Below are positions 1 to 11,220 of a stretch of 64,000 nucleotides of DNA, in pieces. Made by a program: the position numbers and the translations under genes. The notes under the pieces were generated by a model. The model was not told where the DNA came from. It was given only the letters and a program-made list of their open reading frames with translations, and did not search any database. Each line of letters opens with the position of its first letter. Positions within the stretch are counted from its first letter, which is position 1. Origin of the DNA: an uncultured Gemmatimonadales bacterium (GTDB taxonomy: Bacteria; Gemmatimonadota; Gemmatimonadetes; Longimicrobiales; RSA9); NCBI GenBank assembly GCA_963783305.1, contig CAWAMW010000002.1:448001-512000 (forward strand), in the 5' to 3' direction.

Positions 1-1
1 G

Positions 2-610
2 CTGGTAGAGCTGAGCGTTGTCGATGGCGACGGCCGCGCGGCGACCGAGCTCCTCGGCAAGCGCCAGATCCTCAGAGCCGTAGGCCCGTCCGGACTCGGC
101 TGAAATGAAGCTGATCGCCCCGAGCAGCCGCTCGCGCACAGCGAGCGGAACCGTCATGGATGAGCGAATGTCCGCACTTCGGAGCATTTTGAGGTGAGCG
201 TCATCCTGCGCCATCTCCACCAGCATCTCGTCCGGGAAGTGCGGTAGCAGCTCCGATCGGCCGGTGCGCAGTACCTCGAAGGGAGAGCGAGGCAGTGCGT
301 CGATGGACGAGTATTCTCCCAGCGCGGTCCGAGCCCGCTCGGCAGACTCGGCATCGACATGGGCGATCGTCGCTACCCGGACCCCCCGTGCCTCGTCCAC
401 CAGAAAGATTACACACCAGTCGGCGAGCGCTGGAATGAACAGCCCGAGGCCCTGGCGGATGGTTGCTTCGTAGTCGAGCGTAGACGCCAGGACCCGCCCG
501 GCTTCGACGAGGAGGTCGGTCGCGGACCGCTTAGGGTGGGATTCTGAGCCGTCGTCGTGAGACGCCTGCATGCCTCCCGCGGAGGCGACCGGACGCTCTC
601 CCAACTCCAT
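2..610 (-). CDS. GAF-domain sensor protein (probable histidine kinase), runs off window start
   Basis: Hand translation (not in the ORF track): ...LLVEAGRVLASTLDYEATIRQ...LADWCVIFLVD...SSMTVPLAVRERLLGAISF...EDLALAEELGRRAAVAIDNAQLYQ, a GAF signature. In-frame ATGs at 610 and 571. Confidence 0.85.
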   Translation of the reverse strand, partial: MELGERPVASAGGMQASHDDGSESHPKRSATDLLVEAGRVLASTLDYEATIRQGLGLFIPALADWCVIFLVDEARGVRVATIAHVDAESAERARTALGEYSSIDALPRSPFEVLRTGRSELLPHFPDEMLVEMAQDDAHLKMLRSADIRSSMTVPLAVRERLLGAISFISAESGRAYGSEDLALAEELGRRAAVAIDNAQLYQ

Positions 611-916
611 CCCCCTCTTGCTGATTGACGTTCCGCCTCTGGCGGCCGGGGCCGTATAGCTTCTGCCTGCACAATGCGATGGCCGGACCGCCCCGGCAAT
701 GCTGCCAGCCCCCGCTCGCTCTACCTACTGCAGCCTCAGCTGTCTTCCCTCAGTCTCGTTGTGTCGTTGCCGAATCTCGGCCCCACCCAACCCGAGCCCG
801 AACCGTTCATGGACGCACCAGGACCGGTGCAGCCCCAGAACACGGCGAGTCGCGCCCCCTCGGCCACGGCTGCGGATTCCGTGGGCGCGGCAATGGCGTG
901 AGGCGGCGATTCGTAG

Positions 917-1065
917 GCCTCGGTCGCCGCGCTCGACCGCGCCGGTGTGACGCTGCTGGCGGCCAGCGGCCCGCCGACGGGGAACGTCGTGCACGGCGTC
1001 GGCCTGCTGCAGGAGTTCGAACTGCTGATCCAGGCCGGGCTGACCCCTGCCGAGGCGCTGAGTTC
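917..1065 (+). pseudogene. Amidohydrolase internal remnant
   Basis: AGVTLLAASG...VHGVGLLQEFELLIQAGLTPAEAL matches the amidohydrolase 'ELELLVxAGLTPxEAL' segment. No start and no rest of the gene. Confidence 0.65.
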
Positions 1066-1149
1066 CGCGATGCGCTGGAGGATCCGGAGCCGCTGGTGCG
1101 GGAGCACGCGGAGTGGGCTCTGGGGGAAGCTGGAGCAAGCCTCGAGTAG
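1066..1149 (+). pseudogene. queG: queG (epoxyqueuosine reductase) extreme 3' remnant #1
   Basis: RDALEDPEPLVREHAEWALG* resembles the QueG C-terminal HEAT-like motif. Confidence 0.65.
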
Positions 1150-1239
1150 TCGCTTTATGGCCTCTCGGTGCTCTCGCCGGCCCGCCCGCCCCACCCATCG
1201 AGCCGCGCGGCCTCCGCCTCGCCCCGGCTCGCGCATCCG

Positions 1240-1803
1240 CTACACCATGGACGCGACGATCTGCGACCGGTAGTGCCCCGGCTCAACGGCGGCCACCGCC
1301 ACCCCGAACCCACTCAGTTCCGCCGCCAGGCCATCCGTGTACGTTTCGAGGCCGTGCTTGCTCATGCTGTACGCCCGCCGAGCGGCCCGGTCACGATGCC
1401 GGCGATCGACGTCACGTTCAGGACCCCGACCCCGGCTGTCCAGGAGCAGGTCGGCGAACCCCTTCGTGACCCGGTACGGCCCCATGAGGTACACGTCGAG
1501 CTGGTAGTCCACGACCTCTTCCGGCATTTCGATCAGCTGCTCCATGGTGGAGATTCCGGCGTTGTTGGTCAGGCCGTAGAGGCCCCTGCCCTGCTCCTCC
1601 ACGAAGGCGACGGCCGCGTCGATGTCGCCCAGGACGGTCACGTCCAGCCGGACCGCCGGCACGTTCGGCATGGCGTCCATCCGCGCCATCTCCTCAGGCG
1701 TGCGAGCGCCCGCGTACACGTGAAAGCCGCTCCGGGAGAGGATCTCGGTCATCTTCAGGCCGATGCCGGACGTGGAGCCCGTGACCAGGACCGCCCGCTC
1801 AGC
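1240..1803 (-). pseudogene. SDR oxidoreductase, disrupted
   Basis: VLVTGSTSGIG, NNAG and YSMSK motifs. In-frame stop just upstream of the TGxxxGIG motif, an out-of-frame patch (VLNVTSIAG read in another frame), and an early stop. Confidence 0.8.
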
Positions 1804-1855
1804 GCCTCAGGGTCGGCCATCGCCACCGGCTCACCAACTTCGTCGAGCGCCGCTT

Positions 1856-2479
1856 CTACCGGAACGGGTATAGGGAGAGCCCGATATGGAGGCGGACGCC
1901 GGCCAGGCCAATGTCCACGTCGACGGTGCTACCGGCGACCTCGCGCTCCATCAGGCTTCCGGCCGTGAACGACGCAGCACCTTCCACCGCGATGCTCGGG
2001 GCGAGGAAGTACAGCATACCGCCCCCCAGCGAAGCACTGATTCCGCCATAGGTGACCTCGTCCTTATTGAGATCGTCGAACCAGAGTCCGACAATGTTCG
2101 CCTCGGCCTCGAGAAACGGCACCCAACGGCTCTCCCGGCGGAAGTGGAACCTGCCACCCGCGTCGATGAGCAGGAGCCCGTAGCTCTCGCCGGTGGGCAG
2201 GCTCTCGAAGCCGTCGCCTTCCGATATGGACGCGCCCCCCACGCCAATGTAGGCCGTGAACCGCTCCGAGAACCCGTAGCCGGCGCGCACGCCGAATCCT
2301 TCACCCGTGCCATCGCCGCCGCCCTTGTACGCAATGCCGTAGCCGCCCGTTCGTGCGCTCAGATACACGCCCTCCGTGTTGGATGCGTCCGAAACGGCCT
2401 GGGCACCGACGGCCGTCGGCAGGGAGAGCATGGTCAGCAGGATCGCCAGTCGGGCCGTCCAACTCGTTCGTGTTCTCAT
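1856..2479 (-). CDS. Outer-membrane beta-barrel protein
   Basis: Signal peptide (AVGA-Q), alternating Gly/aromatic strands, C-terminal ...LSLYPFR. Confidence 0.85.
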   Translation of the reverse strand: MRTRTSWTARLAILLTMLSLPTAVGAQAVSDASNTEGVYLSARTGGYGIAYKGGGDGTGEGFGVRAGYGFSERFTAYIGVGGASISEGDGFESLPTGESYGLLLIDAGGRFHFRRESRWVPFLEAEANIVGLWFDDLNKDEVTYGGISASLGGGMLYFLAPSIAVEGAASFTAGSLMEREVAGSTVDVDIGLAGVRLHIGLSLYPFR

Positions 2480-2591
2480 TGTGCAGATCTCCTTTGGTTG
2501 AGTTCGAGGGAAATCTGCGTCGATCCTGCACCGGCCGGATGGGCCCGGAGGTGTATTCGGGGGTGTAAATCGAGTGTGCAGCCTCGCCCTC

Positions 2592-5270
2592 TCAGAGCAG
2601 GCGGAGCGCGTTGGCCTTCGCCACCGCCTCCGTCCGGTGCGTGGCGCCGAGCTTGGCGTAGATGTTGGCGACGTGTCGCTTCACGGTGGACGTGCTGATG
2701 AAGAGCTGGTCCGCTATCTCCCTGTTCTTGAGGCCGGCCGCGACGAGGCGCATGACCTCCACCTCCCGAGGAGTGAGCGGGCTTTCGAGCTGCTGTGCCA
2801 GACGGGGGGTGTTCTCCGACCCGACCACGGCCGAGTGCAGTCGCCGGGCGATCGCGCGGCGGGCTCCTCGAGCGACGACCTCACGCAGCCACGGCCTCAG
2901 CGGGGAACCGTCGCGCATGAACACGCCGTGGAAGCGTTCGGCCGCGCCAAGCTCCAGCGCCCGGTCCAGGCAGGCGCTGGCGGCCCCGTCGTCCTGGTGG
3001 AACGCGTGAAATCGGGTCTGGAGGATCAGGATCTCGATCTGACTGCCGACGCGGTCGCCCGACTCGGCGGCTTCGAGCAGCCGGTCGAGCAGCCGGGCGA
3101 TCTGGTCACCGGGCACCTCGCCGCGCTCGAGGCGAGCCAGCCAGAGTCGCGCCAGCGTGATGAGCTCGTACTCGCGGAGGAACTCCGCGTCGTCCTGCAG
3201 CGAAAGCCCGTGCTCTTCCGCCCACGCCTCCACCTCTTCGAGACGGCCGAGGCCGATCAGGATCCGCGCCCGGCGTGCAGGCACGGGCACGGTCTCGGGA
3301 ATCTGGGTGTGCTGGTAGCGACGATCCGCCTTCGCGAGCCACTCGAGCGCGCTTTCGGGATCGCCGCGCGCTTCAGCGAGGGCGGCCATGGCCATGCACC
3401 AGCGGTAGGATCGTTCCTCTTCCGGCGCTTCGGAACAGGCCAGCAACTGGGCCTCGGCGTCCTCCTCCTCCCCTCGCTCCAGCAGGACCTCGGCGAGTCC
3501 GCAGCGAGCTTCCATCATCCTCGACGGGCTCTCGTGCTCGAATCCGAGGGCGTGCTCGTAGCGGGCCGCCGCTTCGGACAACCTTCCCTGGGCGTACAGG
3601 ATCTCCGCGATCGCGTACGTCGCTCTGTGCTGGTACGGTATGTTGCCGGCCAGGCGGTAGCTGTGGAGGGCCTCGTCGAACGACCGGCGAGCGTCGGCCA
3701 ACTCTCCCCGTGACCACTGGGCGAGCCCGAGGATCACGGCAGGGATCCCGTGGAAGAACGGGTCGTCTTTCGGAAGCAGGTCGAGAGCCCGGCGCGCATG
3801 CCGTTCGGTCGCTTCCCTGTCGCCCCTCGCCTGTGCGACATAGGCGCGGGCGGCGGCGAGGGTGCCGGCCAGCGACCGGAACTGCTCGGCGTCGGCCACG
3901 ATCATCCCATTCGTTTCCGCAGGGTCCAGCCAGCGTTCGGCGGAGTCAAGGTAGGGCTCACCCTCGTTGAACCGGCCGGCGTCCAGGAGTGCCCAGCCGT
4001 AGCCGAGACTCAGGACCGGCCTGTGCGGGAGCACGTCCGGGGGAAGAGCTTCGGCCCACCCGAGCCACGTCCCGGGCTGGAACCGCCGATCCATGACCCT
4101 CCACGCCCGCTCGACCGTATCCGCCGCCCGATCGACATCGCCGGATTGCAGGGCGTGGCGAACGGATTCCGGGATGAACCCGTTCGCCTCGTACCATCCG
4201 CTCGCGTGCACGTGCAGGTCCTGAACGAGAGCTGGATCATCGCGGATCAACCGCGCGCGTAACACGTCCGCGAACAGGTGGTGGTAGCGGTACCACTCGC
4301 GCCGCTCGTCCAGCCGGACGATGAACAGGTGCCCCCGCTCCAGCTCTTCCAGGACCGCGGCACTCCGGCGCCCGCCCGTTACCGCGTCGCACAAAGGGCC
4401 GCACATCCGCTCCAGTATGGACGTGCGCAGCAGGAAGTCCTGGACCTCCTGCGTCTGTCGGTGGAGCACTTCCTCGACCAGGACATCGGCAATGTGGCGG
4501 TGGTCTCCCGAGAAGGAGCCGACGAAGCTGCCCATGTCCTCCCGTCCCCGCATGGAGAGCGCCGCGAGCTGCAGCCCGGCGATCCAGCCCTCCGTCCGCC
4601 GCTCGAGGGCGTCGACGGCATCGGCAGGGACATCCAGCCTCATCAAGTCGTTGAGGAAGGCCGCGGCTTCGGTTGCGGTGAAGCGAAGGTCGGCGGGAGT
4701 GACCTCCACCAGTCGACGCTGCCCGCGGAGTCGGCCCAGCGGGAACGGTGGCTCCGAGCGGGACGCGATCACGAGGTGGACCTGGGGCGGGACGTTGTCC
4801 ACGAAGAAGGCCATGCCGTCATGGATTCGCCGATCCTCAATGACGTGGTAGTCATCGAGGAGGATTGTGACGTCGTCGCCGAGCGTGGCCAGCTCGTTGA
4901 TCAGCGCCGTCAGAATGGTCTGGAGCGGAGGAGGCTCCGGAGCGAACAGCATGGCGAGTGGCCGATCGCCGACGTTCGGATCCAACCGTTGCAGGGCCGT
5001 GAAGAAGTAGGCCCAGAAGATCGTCGGGTCGTTGTCAGCCCGGTCGAGCGAGACCCAGCCGGCGGGGCCGTCGCGCTGCGACAGCCATTCGGTCAGCAGC
5101 GTGGTCTTGCCGAACCCCGTCGGCGCCGTCACCAGCGTCAGTGGCTGACGAGCTCCTTCGTCCAGTCGGGCGATGAGCCGTGAGCGCATGAGGTGCGCGG
5201 AGTCCTGTGTCGGGGCGAAGAGCTTCGTCGAGAGAAGCTGGGCCCTCTCTGCGGCCGCGGTCGTGGGCAT
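2592..5270 (-). CDS. MalT-like LuxR-family ATP-dependent transcriptional regulator
   Basis: LLSTKLFAP, Walker [28 protein letters not shown] region, C-terminal LuxR HTH (LTPREVEV...[14 protein letters not shown]). Confidence 0.95.
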   Translation of the reverse strand: MPTTAAAERAQLLSTKLFAPTQDSAHLMRSRLIARLDEGARQPLTLVTAPTGFGKTTLLTEWLSQRDGPAGWVSLDRADNDPTIFWAYFFTALQRLDPNVGDRPLAMLFAPEPPPLQTILTALINELATLGDDVTILLDDYHVIEDRRIHDGMAFFVDNVPPQVHLVIASRSEPPFPLGRLRGQRRLVEVTPADLRFTATEAAAFLNDLMRLDVPADAVDALERRTEGWIAGLQLAALSMRGREDMGSFVGSFSGDHRHIADVLVEEVLHRQTQEVQDFLLRTSILERMCGPLCDAVTGGRRSAAVLEELERGHLFIVRLDERREWYRYHHLFADVLRARLIRDDPALVQDLHVHASGWYEANGFIPESVRHALQSGDVDRAADTVERAWRVMDRRFQPGTWLGWAEALPPDVLPHRPVLSLGYGWALLDAGRFNEGEPYLDSAERWLDPAETNGMIVADAEQFRSLAGTLAAARAYVAQARGDREATERHARRALDLLPKDDPFFHGIPAVILGLAQWSRGELADARRSFDEALHSYRLAGNIPYQHRATYAIAEILYAQGRLSEAAARYEHALGFEHESPSRMMEARCGLAEVLLERGEEEDAEAQLLACSEAPEEERSYRWCMAMAALAEARGDPESALEWLAKADRRYQHTQIPETVPVPARRARILIGLGRLEEVEAWAEEHGLSLQDDAEFLREYELITLARLWLARLERGEVPGDQIARLLDRLLEAAESGDRVGSQIEILILQTRFHAFHQDDGAASACLDRALELGAAERFHGVFMRDGSPLRPWLREVVARGARRAIARRLHSAVVGSENTPRLAQQLESPLTPREVEVMRLVAAGLKNREIADQLFISTSTVKRHVANIYAKLGATHRTEAVAKANALRLL

Positions 5271-5402
5271 CAGCGTGGGCGGGTTCAGGCGTGGCCGAGC
5301 AATGAACTGAAGGACTTCCGGACCTTACGAGTGGACGACGGTTGCAGCAAGCCGAGCCCGGATTGATCGGGCGCGGTTGCCTCACCCGCCGGTGCGGAGA
5401 GC

Positions 5403-5888
5403 TCATCCCGGACCCCTGAGGGCCTGCTGACGGCGACCTTGCGGCCGGCGCACCGGGGGCGAGGCAGGCTTCAGCCCGTGCGCCGGATTCGCCCAGGCGA
5501 GCACCGCCGCCATCCCGGCAGCCAGTACCAGCAGCCAGATCTTCGGGTTCACCGTCATGAAGTTCAGGAACAAGCCGGCATGGCTTAGCAGATACACGCC
5601 GATCAGGGCCAGCCCCCAGCGCCTGCGCCAGAGCTGGGCCACGGCGCCCACGCTGATCGTAGCGCCCATGAACAGGATGAAGACGAAATAGGAGAGGGGG
5701 GTGAAGCCGAGGATATTGGTGTCGCGCTCGGCGATGAATCGCTGCGTTTCGGCCAGCGCGAGGGCTGCCTCCCCCTCGACGACCCACCAGCCGGAGGCCT
5801 GTCCGATCATCAGCGCGCTCACGCCTGCCCGGATCAGGCCCGAGGCGAAAAAGAGCAGACAAATGACGATGGCGAGCTTGCGTCTCAT
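5403..5888 (-). CDS. Hypothetical membrane protein (~4 TM)
   Basis: MRRKLAIVICLLFFASG... followed by hydrophobic helices; start chosen at ATG 5888. Confidence 0.75.
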   Translation of the reverse strand: MRRKLAIVICLLFFASGLIRAGVSALMIGQASGWWVVEGEAALALAETQRFIAERDTNILGFTPLSYFVFILFMGATISVGAVAQLWRRRWGLALIGVYLLSHAGLFLNFMTVNPKIWLLVLAAGMAAVLAWANPAHGLKPASPPVRRPQGRRQQALRGPG

Positions 5889-6120
5889 GAGGCGCCGTGC
5901 CAGGTAGAGGGATGCGAGCCAGAGTGGCGTGGTCGGGATCTCGGGGCGGGAGGACTGGACCCTGGGCACCGTACGCGGCACCGGCCCCTCCGTCAACCTC
6001 CGGACCTCGCCGCATCACGCCTGGTGATCTGCCGCCGGGCGACGTGACGAACACACTCGGCACCGGGCGGTAACAGCTAACGTAAGTGTCAACTGAAATA
6101 TGGGCGTGGACCAATGCTGC

Positions 6121-6174
6121 AGCCTGTTCGAGGTGGAGCTCATGGTCGAGCTCGAGGCCACCGCAGTAGCGTAG
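6121..6174 (+). pseudogene. RidA/YjgF-family 3' remnant
   Basis: SLFEVELMVELEATAVA* resembles the RidA C-terminal 'LxVEIEAxAV' motif. Confidence 0.5.
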
Positions 6175-6290
6175 GTCACGCGCTCTCGCTCCTGCGGCAG
6201 GGAGGTCTCGGTTCGCGCAGGCACGGTGGAGATGAAGGATGAGTGGATTTCTCGCGGTGACACCCAATTCGTCTGCCCCTGGAACCGCGA

Positions 6291-6389
6291 GCGGTGGCCA
6301 TGGGCAACTGGGTGGCGGCCGTGGCGGTGCTGAGGGACGCGCTGGAGGACGAGAGCGAGCTGGTGGGGGAGCGTGCGGCGTGGGCGTTG
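6291..6389 (+). pseudogene. queG: queG 3' remnant #2
   Basis: AVAMGNW...AVAVLRDALEDESELVGERAAWAL. Confidence 0.7.
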
Positions 6390-6460
6390 ACGGTTGTGTC
6401 CTCAGGCTCCCTCGTGACATCGGTGGCACGAGCGGAAGGCGGATCACCGGTGTGGCGGCC

Positions 6461-6590
6461 GAGGAGGAGGTGCCGATCCTGTCGGGCACCAACACGCCCA
6501 ACACCTGATTCTTCCCCGACTTCGGGCTGCACGACGAGATCGAGCTGCTGGTGGAGACGGGGCTCACACCGCTGCGGGCGCTTAGAGGTG
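6461..6590 (+). pseudogene. Amidohydrolase internal remnant with stop codon
   Basis: VPILSGTNTPNT*FFPDFGLHDEIELLVETGLTPLRAL. Confidence 0.7.
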
Positions 6591-6699
6591 GCCGACTGCT
6601 GACGCGGGCCGGATTAGACCGGCTCCTCGAGGGCGTCGAGCGGGGTTTCGCAGCTGGAGGGCCGGGTCGCCAGCGACGGCTCGGGGCACTGCGCGGGAT

Positions 6700-9600
6700 C
6701 TACGGACGGCCGTGGGGTCCGGTCGTGCCGGAAGGCCAGTCGAGGAGCACCAGCTCGACGCGCCGGTTCCGGGCCCGTCCCGCCGCCGTGTCGTTGTCGG
6801 CCAGCGGCGCGCTCTCCCCGCTCCCGACAGCGGTGAGCCGTGACGGCGCCAGCCCCGTGCGAATCAGCGCGGACCGGACCGCCTCGGCCCGCCGCAGGGA
6901 AAGATCCATGTTCACGGCGGTGGGGCCGGTGGCGTCCGTATGCCCTTCCATCAGGAGCTCGGACTCGGGCCCGGTCCGAAGCAGCGTGCCGATCCGTTCC
7001 ACCGCGGCGAGCGCACTGCCACCCAGCGTGGCGGAACCCACGGCGAACATGCCGCCTCCGAGTATGACTTCGAGGCCCCGATCGGAGCTTCGCACCGCCA
7101 GCACGTCAGGGAGGCTGCCGACCAGCTCCTCGAGGTCGCGCCGCACGTCCGCGTACTCCCGCTGGCGCGCGGCCGCCGCCCCCCGCTCATCCGCTTCGCG
7201 GGACACCGCCCGCTCCAGCGATGTCAGGCGGGAGAGCAGCTCCGCCCGGGTCCGCGCCGCCGCAGAGTCAACCGGAGCTTCCGCGACGACGGCCGCGCCC
7301 CCGGCGCCCCTGGTGGAGTCGACGGCCGCGGAGTCGGCGACCATCGCGTCGCGGGCGGTGTCCGGCGGGGGCGGAGCGAGCTCCGCCACCGCGGCCGTGG
7401 GAATGCCCGTCCCGGCGGGCCGCCGCGTTGCCAGGGGCAGCCTGATTCCACCCTCGAGCGCCCACCGGGACCGCGATCCGGCCATCAGGCGGCTCAGGGC
7501 CGCCGTGACCAGGAACCGGCTGCCCGGGCGCTGCCAGCCGACGTGGACGCCCACGTCGGCCCCCAGACGGAATCCCTCGTAGATCCGGTCCATGAGCTCT
7601 TCGTCCTGGTCGGTGTCGCCGCTCACCGAGCCGCCGACGGCGGTCACCGCCAAGGACAGCGAAGGCAGGAAGTCGTCGAACCGCGGACCATCGACGTAGG
7701 CCCCGACGCTGGCACCCACGTTTCGCACCGTGCCGAACACGGACGACTCGGCGAGGGTGGTGCGCACCCCGGACCGGCTGGCCTCGATCCCCAGGAAGGG
7801 GCGCACCATGGCCGGACCGGGGCTGCGGAACGAGAGGTCGATGGCGGCGCCCACGCCGAGGCGCCCATCCCGGATGGTGGCGGGCCCGACCCGACCCTCC
7901 ACCGCCTGGATGAGCGACGAGCGGGGCGGAATCGCCGTCGTCGTGGCCCGGTCCGGGCCCGACACGGCGGACGGAGTCACCACGGTCACCGGCGTACGGA
8001 GCGACGGCTCCCGGGCCACGTCCTCGCGGACGATCCGGGTCAGCTCCCGGACTTGTTCCTGGAGGGCCACCAGCCTCTCATTCTCGCCCGTCGGGGCGGG
8101 CGCGGCGGGCTGGGCCCTCACCGGCGGCTGAGCCGCGGCCGCGACCGCCGTGTCCATGCGCGCCGCCCACCGCGCGAGCTCGGCGCGAATGAGCGCAGCG
8201 ATGGCGGCGGAATCGGGCACCACCGGGGCGGGCGTAGCCGCAACCGCCGCGGCCGCCGGAGTCTGCGGCTCGGGCACCGCGCGGCCCGCCCGCTCGGGCG
8301 GGGGCCCGTACCGTACGTACAGCTCCCCCACGGCCGGGACCGGGAGTGTGACGACCCGGTCGGACTGGTAGCTCTCCACCTTGCCCGGCACGGCCGTATC
8401 GGGCGCCGCCGCGGCCGGGACAGGGACGGCCGTATCGGGCGCCGCCGCGACCGCGACAGGGACGGCCGGCCCCGCGGCCGCGGCAGGGACGTCCGGCCCG
8501 GCGGCAGCGGTGTCGGCCGCCACGGCCGGCGGGGCCGCCACCGGCTCCACGACCTCGGCCTGCGCCCCCTCCTCCCGGGACGGCTCTCGCGCCGCCACCG
8601 TAACGGGCGTCCGCCCGCCTCGTTGTTTGAACAGGAGGAACGAGACCCCGACGTCCAGCGACAGGTTGTGGCGCAGGTCCGAGGCCTTCGACGCATCCGC
8701 GAGGTCGCCCAGCGTTGTGACATGGTCGCGGAACGTGGCGAGGACGCGCATCCGGTCCCATATCGGGAATCCGACGCCGGCGCCCAGGATGACCGCGTTC
8801 TGGTCCGGGACCGCCAGGCCGGAGTCGTTGACCATGGCATCGTCGAAGAGGGTCTGGCCGTACCCCACGAGCAGGAACGGCGAGAGGCCGGTCACGCGCC
8901 CCAGGTCGAACTGCGCCTCTCCGGCCCAGCCCCACACGTCCTCGAAGGCGTCGAACCCGTCCTGGACTCCGTGCCAGTAACTGCCACGCAGCCCGAAGTA
9001 GGAGCCCAGGTCCACGCCGGCGCGGGCGCCGATCCGGGCCTGGTCGTCCAGCGCCAGCGCGTCGTCGAAGCGGATCAGGCCGCCGAAGACCTCCACCGGC
9101 ACCAGGAGTCCGTCGGTGCCGCCATGGCGAACTTCCTCCACGCTCCGATCCACGACGTCGGCCCGCGGGCTCGGCCGTCCTCCGACCCTGAGCCCCACCT
9201 GGAGCGTGGCCATCAGGTTCCCCCGCAGGTCCTCGGCGGCCGGATCGGCCGGCGACGCCCCGTCCGGGGTCAGCAGCGAGCGATCCATCCGGAGCAGGAC
9301 GTCATGGACCAGGAGGCTCCCCTCCACGCGACGATTCAGGCGGAGCCCCAGCCCCCCACCCCACGCGGCGAAGACGTGGTCCGTCCGGTCACGGCCGTCG
9401 GGGCGGAAGCGCACCACGCCACCGCCCCCCGCCAGGATCGGGGCCAGCGGGGCGGAGCCGAGCCGCAGAAGGACGTCCAGCGACGCGAACGTCGCGTCGA
9501 CCTGGTTCTCGCCTCCGGCGTAGTCGATCTCGCCGAAGCGGGTGTCGACCAATGGCGCGTGCTGCAATCCTGCCTGGAGACGCACGTAGCGTCCGAACCC

Positions 9601-9795
9601 CAGCGTCCCGAGGGCGCCGTAGAGCGGCCCGTCCTCGAGCCCCAGGTCGCTGTTCCACCAGAGGTACGAGCCGGCCGGCGCCAGCCCGAGCTCCAACCCC
9701 TGGCCACCGACGGGGGCCGCTCCCGCCAGCAGGGCCGCAATCGCCGTGAGATACCCTGCAGCCCGGAGCCGGGCCCAGCGATCGATGATGGACAT
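6700..9795 (-). CDS. Large OmpA-family protein with several N-terminal beta-barrel-like domains
   Basis: Signal peptide, barrel-like segments, Pro/Ala linkers, C-terminal OmpA domain (EGHTD...NMDLSLRRAEAV...RARNRRVE). Confidence 0.9.
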   Translation of the reverse strand: MSIIDRWARLRAAGYLTAIAALLAGAAPVGGQGLELGLAPAGSYLWWNSDLGLEDGPLYGALGTLGFGRYVRLQAGLQHAPLVDTRFGEIDYAGGENQVDATFASLDVLLRLGSAPLAPILAGGGGVVRFRPDGRDRTDHVFAAWGGGLGLRLNRRVEGSLLVHDVLLRMDRSLLTPDGASPADPAAEDLRGNLMATLQVGLRVGGRPSPRADVVDRSVEEVRHGGTDGLLVPVEVFGGLIRFDDALALDDQARIGARAGVDLGSYFGLRGSYWHGVQDGFDAFEDVWGWAGEAQFDLGRVTGLSPFLLVGYGQTLFDDAMVNDSGLAVPDQNAVILGAGVGFPIWDRMRVLATFRDHVTTLGDLADASKASDLRHNLSLDVGVSFLLFKQRGGRTPVTVAAREPSREEGAQAEVVEPVAAPPAVAADTAAAGPDVPAAAAGPAVPVAVAAAPDTAVPVPAAAAPDTAVPGKVESYQSDRVVTLPVPAVGELYVRYGPPPERAGRAVPEPQTPAAAAVAATPAPVVPDSAAIAALIRAELARWAARMDTAVAAAAQPPVRAQPAAPAPTGENERLVALQEQVRELTRIVREDVAREPSLRTPVTVVTPSAVSGPDRATTTAIPPRSSLIQAVEGRVGPATIRDGRLGVGAAIDLSFRSPGPAMVRPFLGIEASRSGVRTTLAESSVFGTVRNVGASVGAYVDGPRFDDFLPSLSLAVTAVGGSVSGDTDQDEELMDRIYEGFRLGADVGVHVGWQRPGSRFLVTAALSRLMAGSRSRWALEGGIRLPLATRRPAGTGIPTAAVAELAPPPPDTARDAMVADSAAVDSTRGAGGAAVVAEAPVDSAAARTRAELLSRLTSLERAVSREADERGAAAARQREYADVRRDLEELVGSLPDVLAVRSSDRGLEVILGGGMFAVGSATLGGSALAAVERIGTLLRTGPESELLMEGHTDATGPTAVNMDLSLRRAEAVRSALIRTGLAPSRLTAVGSGESAPLADNDTAAGRARNRRVELVLLDWPSGTTGPHGRP

Positions 9796-9814
9796 GGGGA
9801 GGCCTGTGCCTTTC

Positions 9815-10342
9815 TCAGGGAGCCGGGTCGAAGATCACGAGCAGCTGGCCCGGTACGGGATCCAGCAGCTGCTCCGTCTGCCACTCCGGGACCAGCGCGA
9901 GCAGGGCCGACCGGGACACCGTCGTGGAGTCGTCCAGGACCAGCGACCCGCCCGCGGAGACCTCGTAGGTGGAGCGCCGCGGGAGGACCAGTGCGCCGTA
10001 GGCGCTGCCGCTCTCGAACGAGATGGCGACGCCCGCGGGCGTGGTTCGGAACGAGCCATCCACCAGCCGAAGCAGACGCGAGGAGGGGTCCTCGAAAAAG
10101 AGCTGGAGCGTGCCGTCGGGAAGGAGGTTCAGCGAAGCGTCCGGCTTGTCCAGGTCCACCAGCCGCTGGTGGATATCGGCGGCGGGGAGTATGCCCAGCG
10201 GATCGAAGGACAGCTGCGTGAGCCGGTAGGTCCCCACCACGTCCTCGCGCGGGATGTTCGGCTCGACGGGCCCATCGTCCCCACAGGCCCCGAGGAAAAG
10301 GGCCGACACGGCCAGGGCAGCGACCCCGCGAATCCGTTTCAA
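9815..10342 (-). CDS. Hypothetical lipoprotein
   Basis: GAGGAGG RBS plus TTG start; lipobox LGA-C; co-oriented just upstream of the OmpA gene. Confidence 0.8.
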   Translation of the reverse strand: MKRIRGVAALAVSALFLGACGDDGPVEPNIPREDVVGTYRLTQLSFDPLGILPAADIHQRLVDLDKPDASLNLLPDGTLQLFFEDPSSRLLRLVDGSFRTTPAGVAISFESGSAYGALVLPRRSTYEVSAGGSLVLDDSTTVSRSALLALVPEWQTEQLLDPVPGQLLVIFDPAP

Positions 10343-10617
10343 CGCGACCTCCTCGTTTGATGACACCCGTCGCGACCGGACGGCTCTGCGGTGATCGCCG
10401 ACGACCTCACTCCGTCTGCAATATACCCTGTGCCTCCCGGGAGGAGGCATGTCATGTATGCGCCAGTGGGGCGCCCCCTCCTGCTTACGGAAGTGGGCAA
10501 CAAAGTGGGCACCGACCTGGTTGCGCGCCCACCCGCCCCGATACACGTTGGGCCGGGTTGCCGCGGACGGACCGTCCCGGGGACCGACTTCCAGCGCCCA
10601 CCGGTGAGGGGCACCCC

Positions 10618-11220
10618 GTGAGCACCTTCGAGTACCTGTCCGTTCTGTTCTCCGTGGTGGTGGGCCTCGCCGTGGCCCAGACCCTTCAAGGGCTGCTGCG
10701 CGTGGTACGGCACTGGCGCACCGTCCGGATCTACTGGCCGGCCCTGATCTGGACTGCGGCCATCATGCAGTGGACCATCGTCTTCTGGTGGTTCTCGGGG
10801 TCCGGGCTGGGCGGGCTCTCCGAATGGCAGCTGCCGGGCCTTCTGTTCGTCCTTGCCTACGGGTCGGCGCTGTTCTTCCTCCTGGGGCTCCTCTATCCGG
10901 ACGACATGGGAGCGACCTTCGACATGCGGGGTCATTTCTGGGAGATTCGCTCCTGGTTCTTCGGTATCTTCCTGGGGCTGGGCCTTCTGGAGCTGGCCGA
11001 CACCTACCTCAAGGTCCTGCAGGGAACGTCGGCTCTGCGGGATACCGGAGCGGCCGCGTACCTGGGTTTCATGGCCGTGTGGATCGGGGGCGCCGCCGTG
11101 TGCCTGCGCTCCCGGGACGGGCGGCTGGTGTCCGCCATCGGCATCCTGTTCCTCCTGGCCAGCCTCTACGTGGCGTACCGATACGGCTGGGCCATGGGAG
11201 CGGATCTGAATCTCACCTAG
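10618..11220 (+). CDS. Hypothetical integral membrane protein (paralog of 35400..35951)
   Basis: GTG start, STFEYLSVLFSVVVGLAV...; about 6 TM helices. Confidence 0.85.
   Translation: MSTFEYLSVLFSVVVGLAVAQTLQGLLRVVRHWRTVRIYWPALIWTAAIMQWTIVFWWFSGSGLGGLSEWQLPGLLFVLAYGSALFFLLGLLYPDDMGATFDMRGHFWEIRSWFFGIFLGLGLLELADTYLKVLQGTSALRDTGAAAYLGFMAVWIGGAAVCLRSRDGRLVSAIGILFLLASLYVAYRYGWAMGADLNLT

Noticed and set aside
6940..10221. Long antisense ORFs (also 21739-24360, 36626-39124, 59623-61809)
   Set aside because: High-GC shadow frames opposite well-supported genes.
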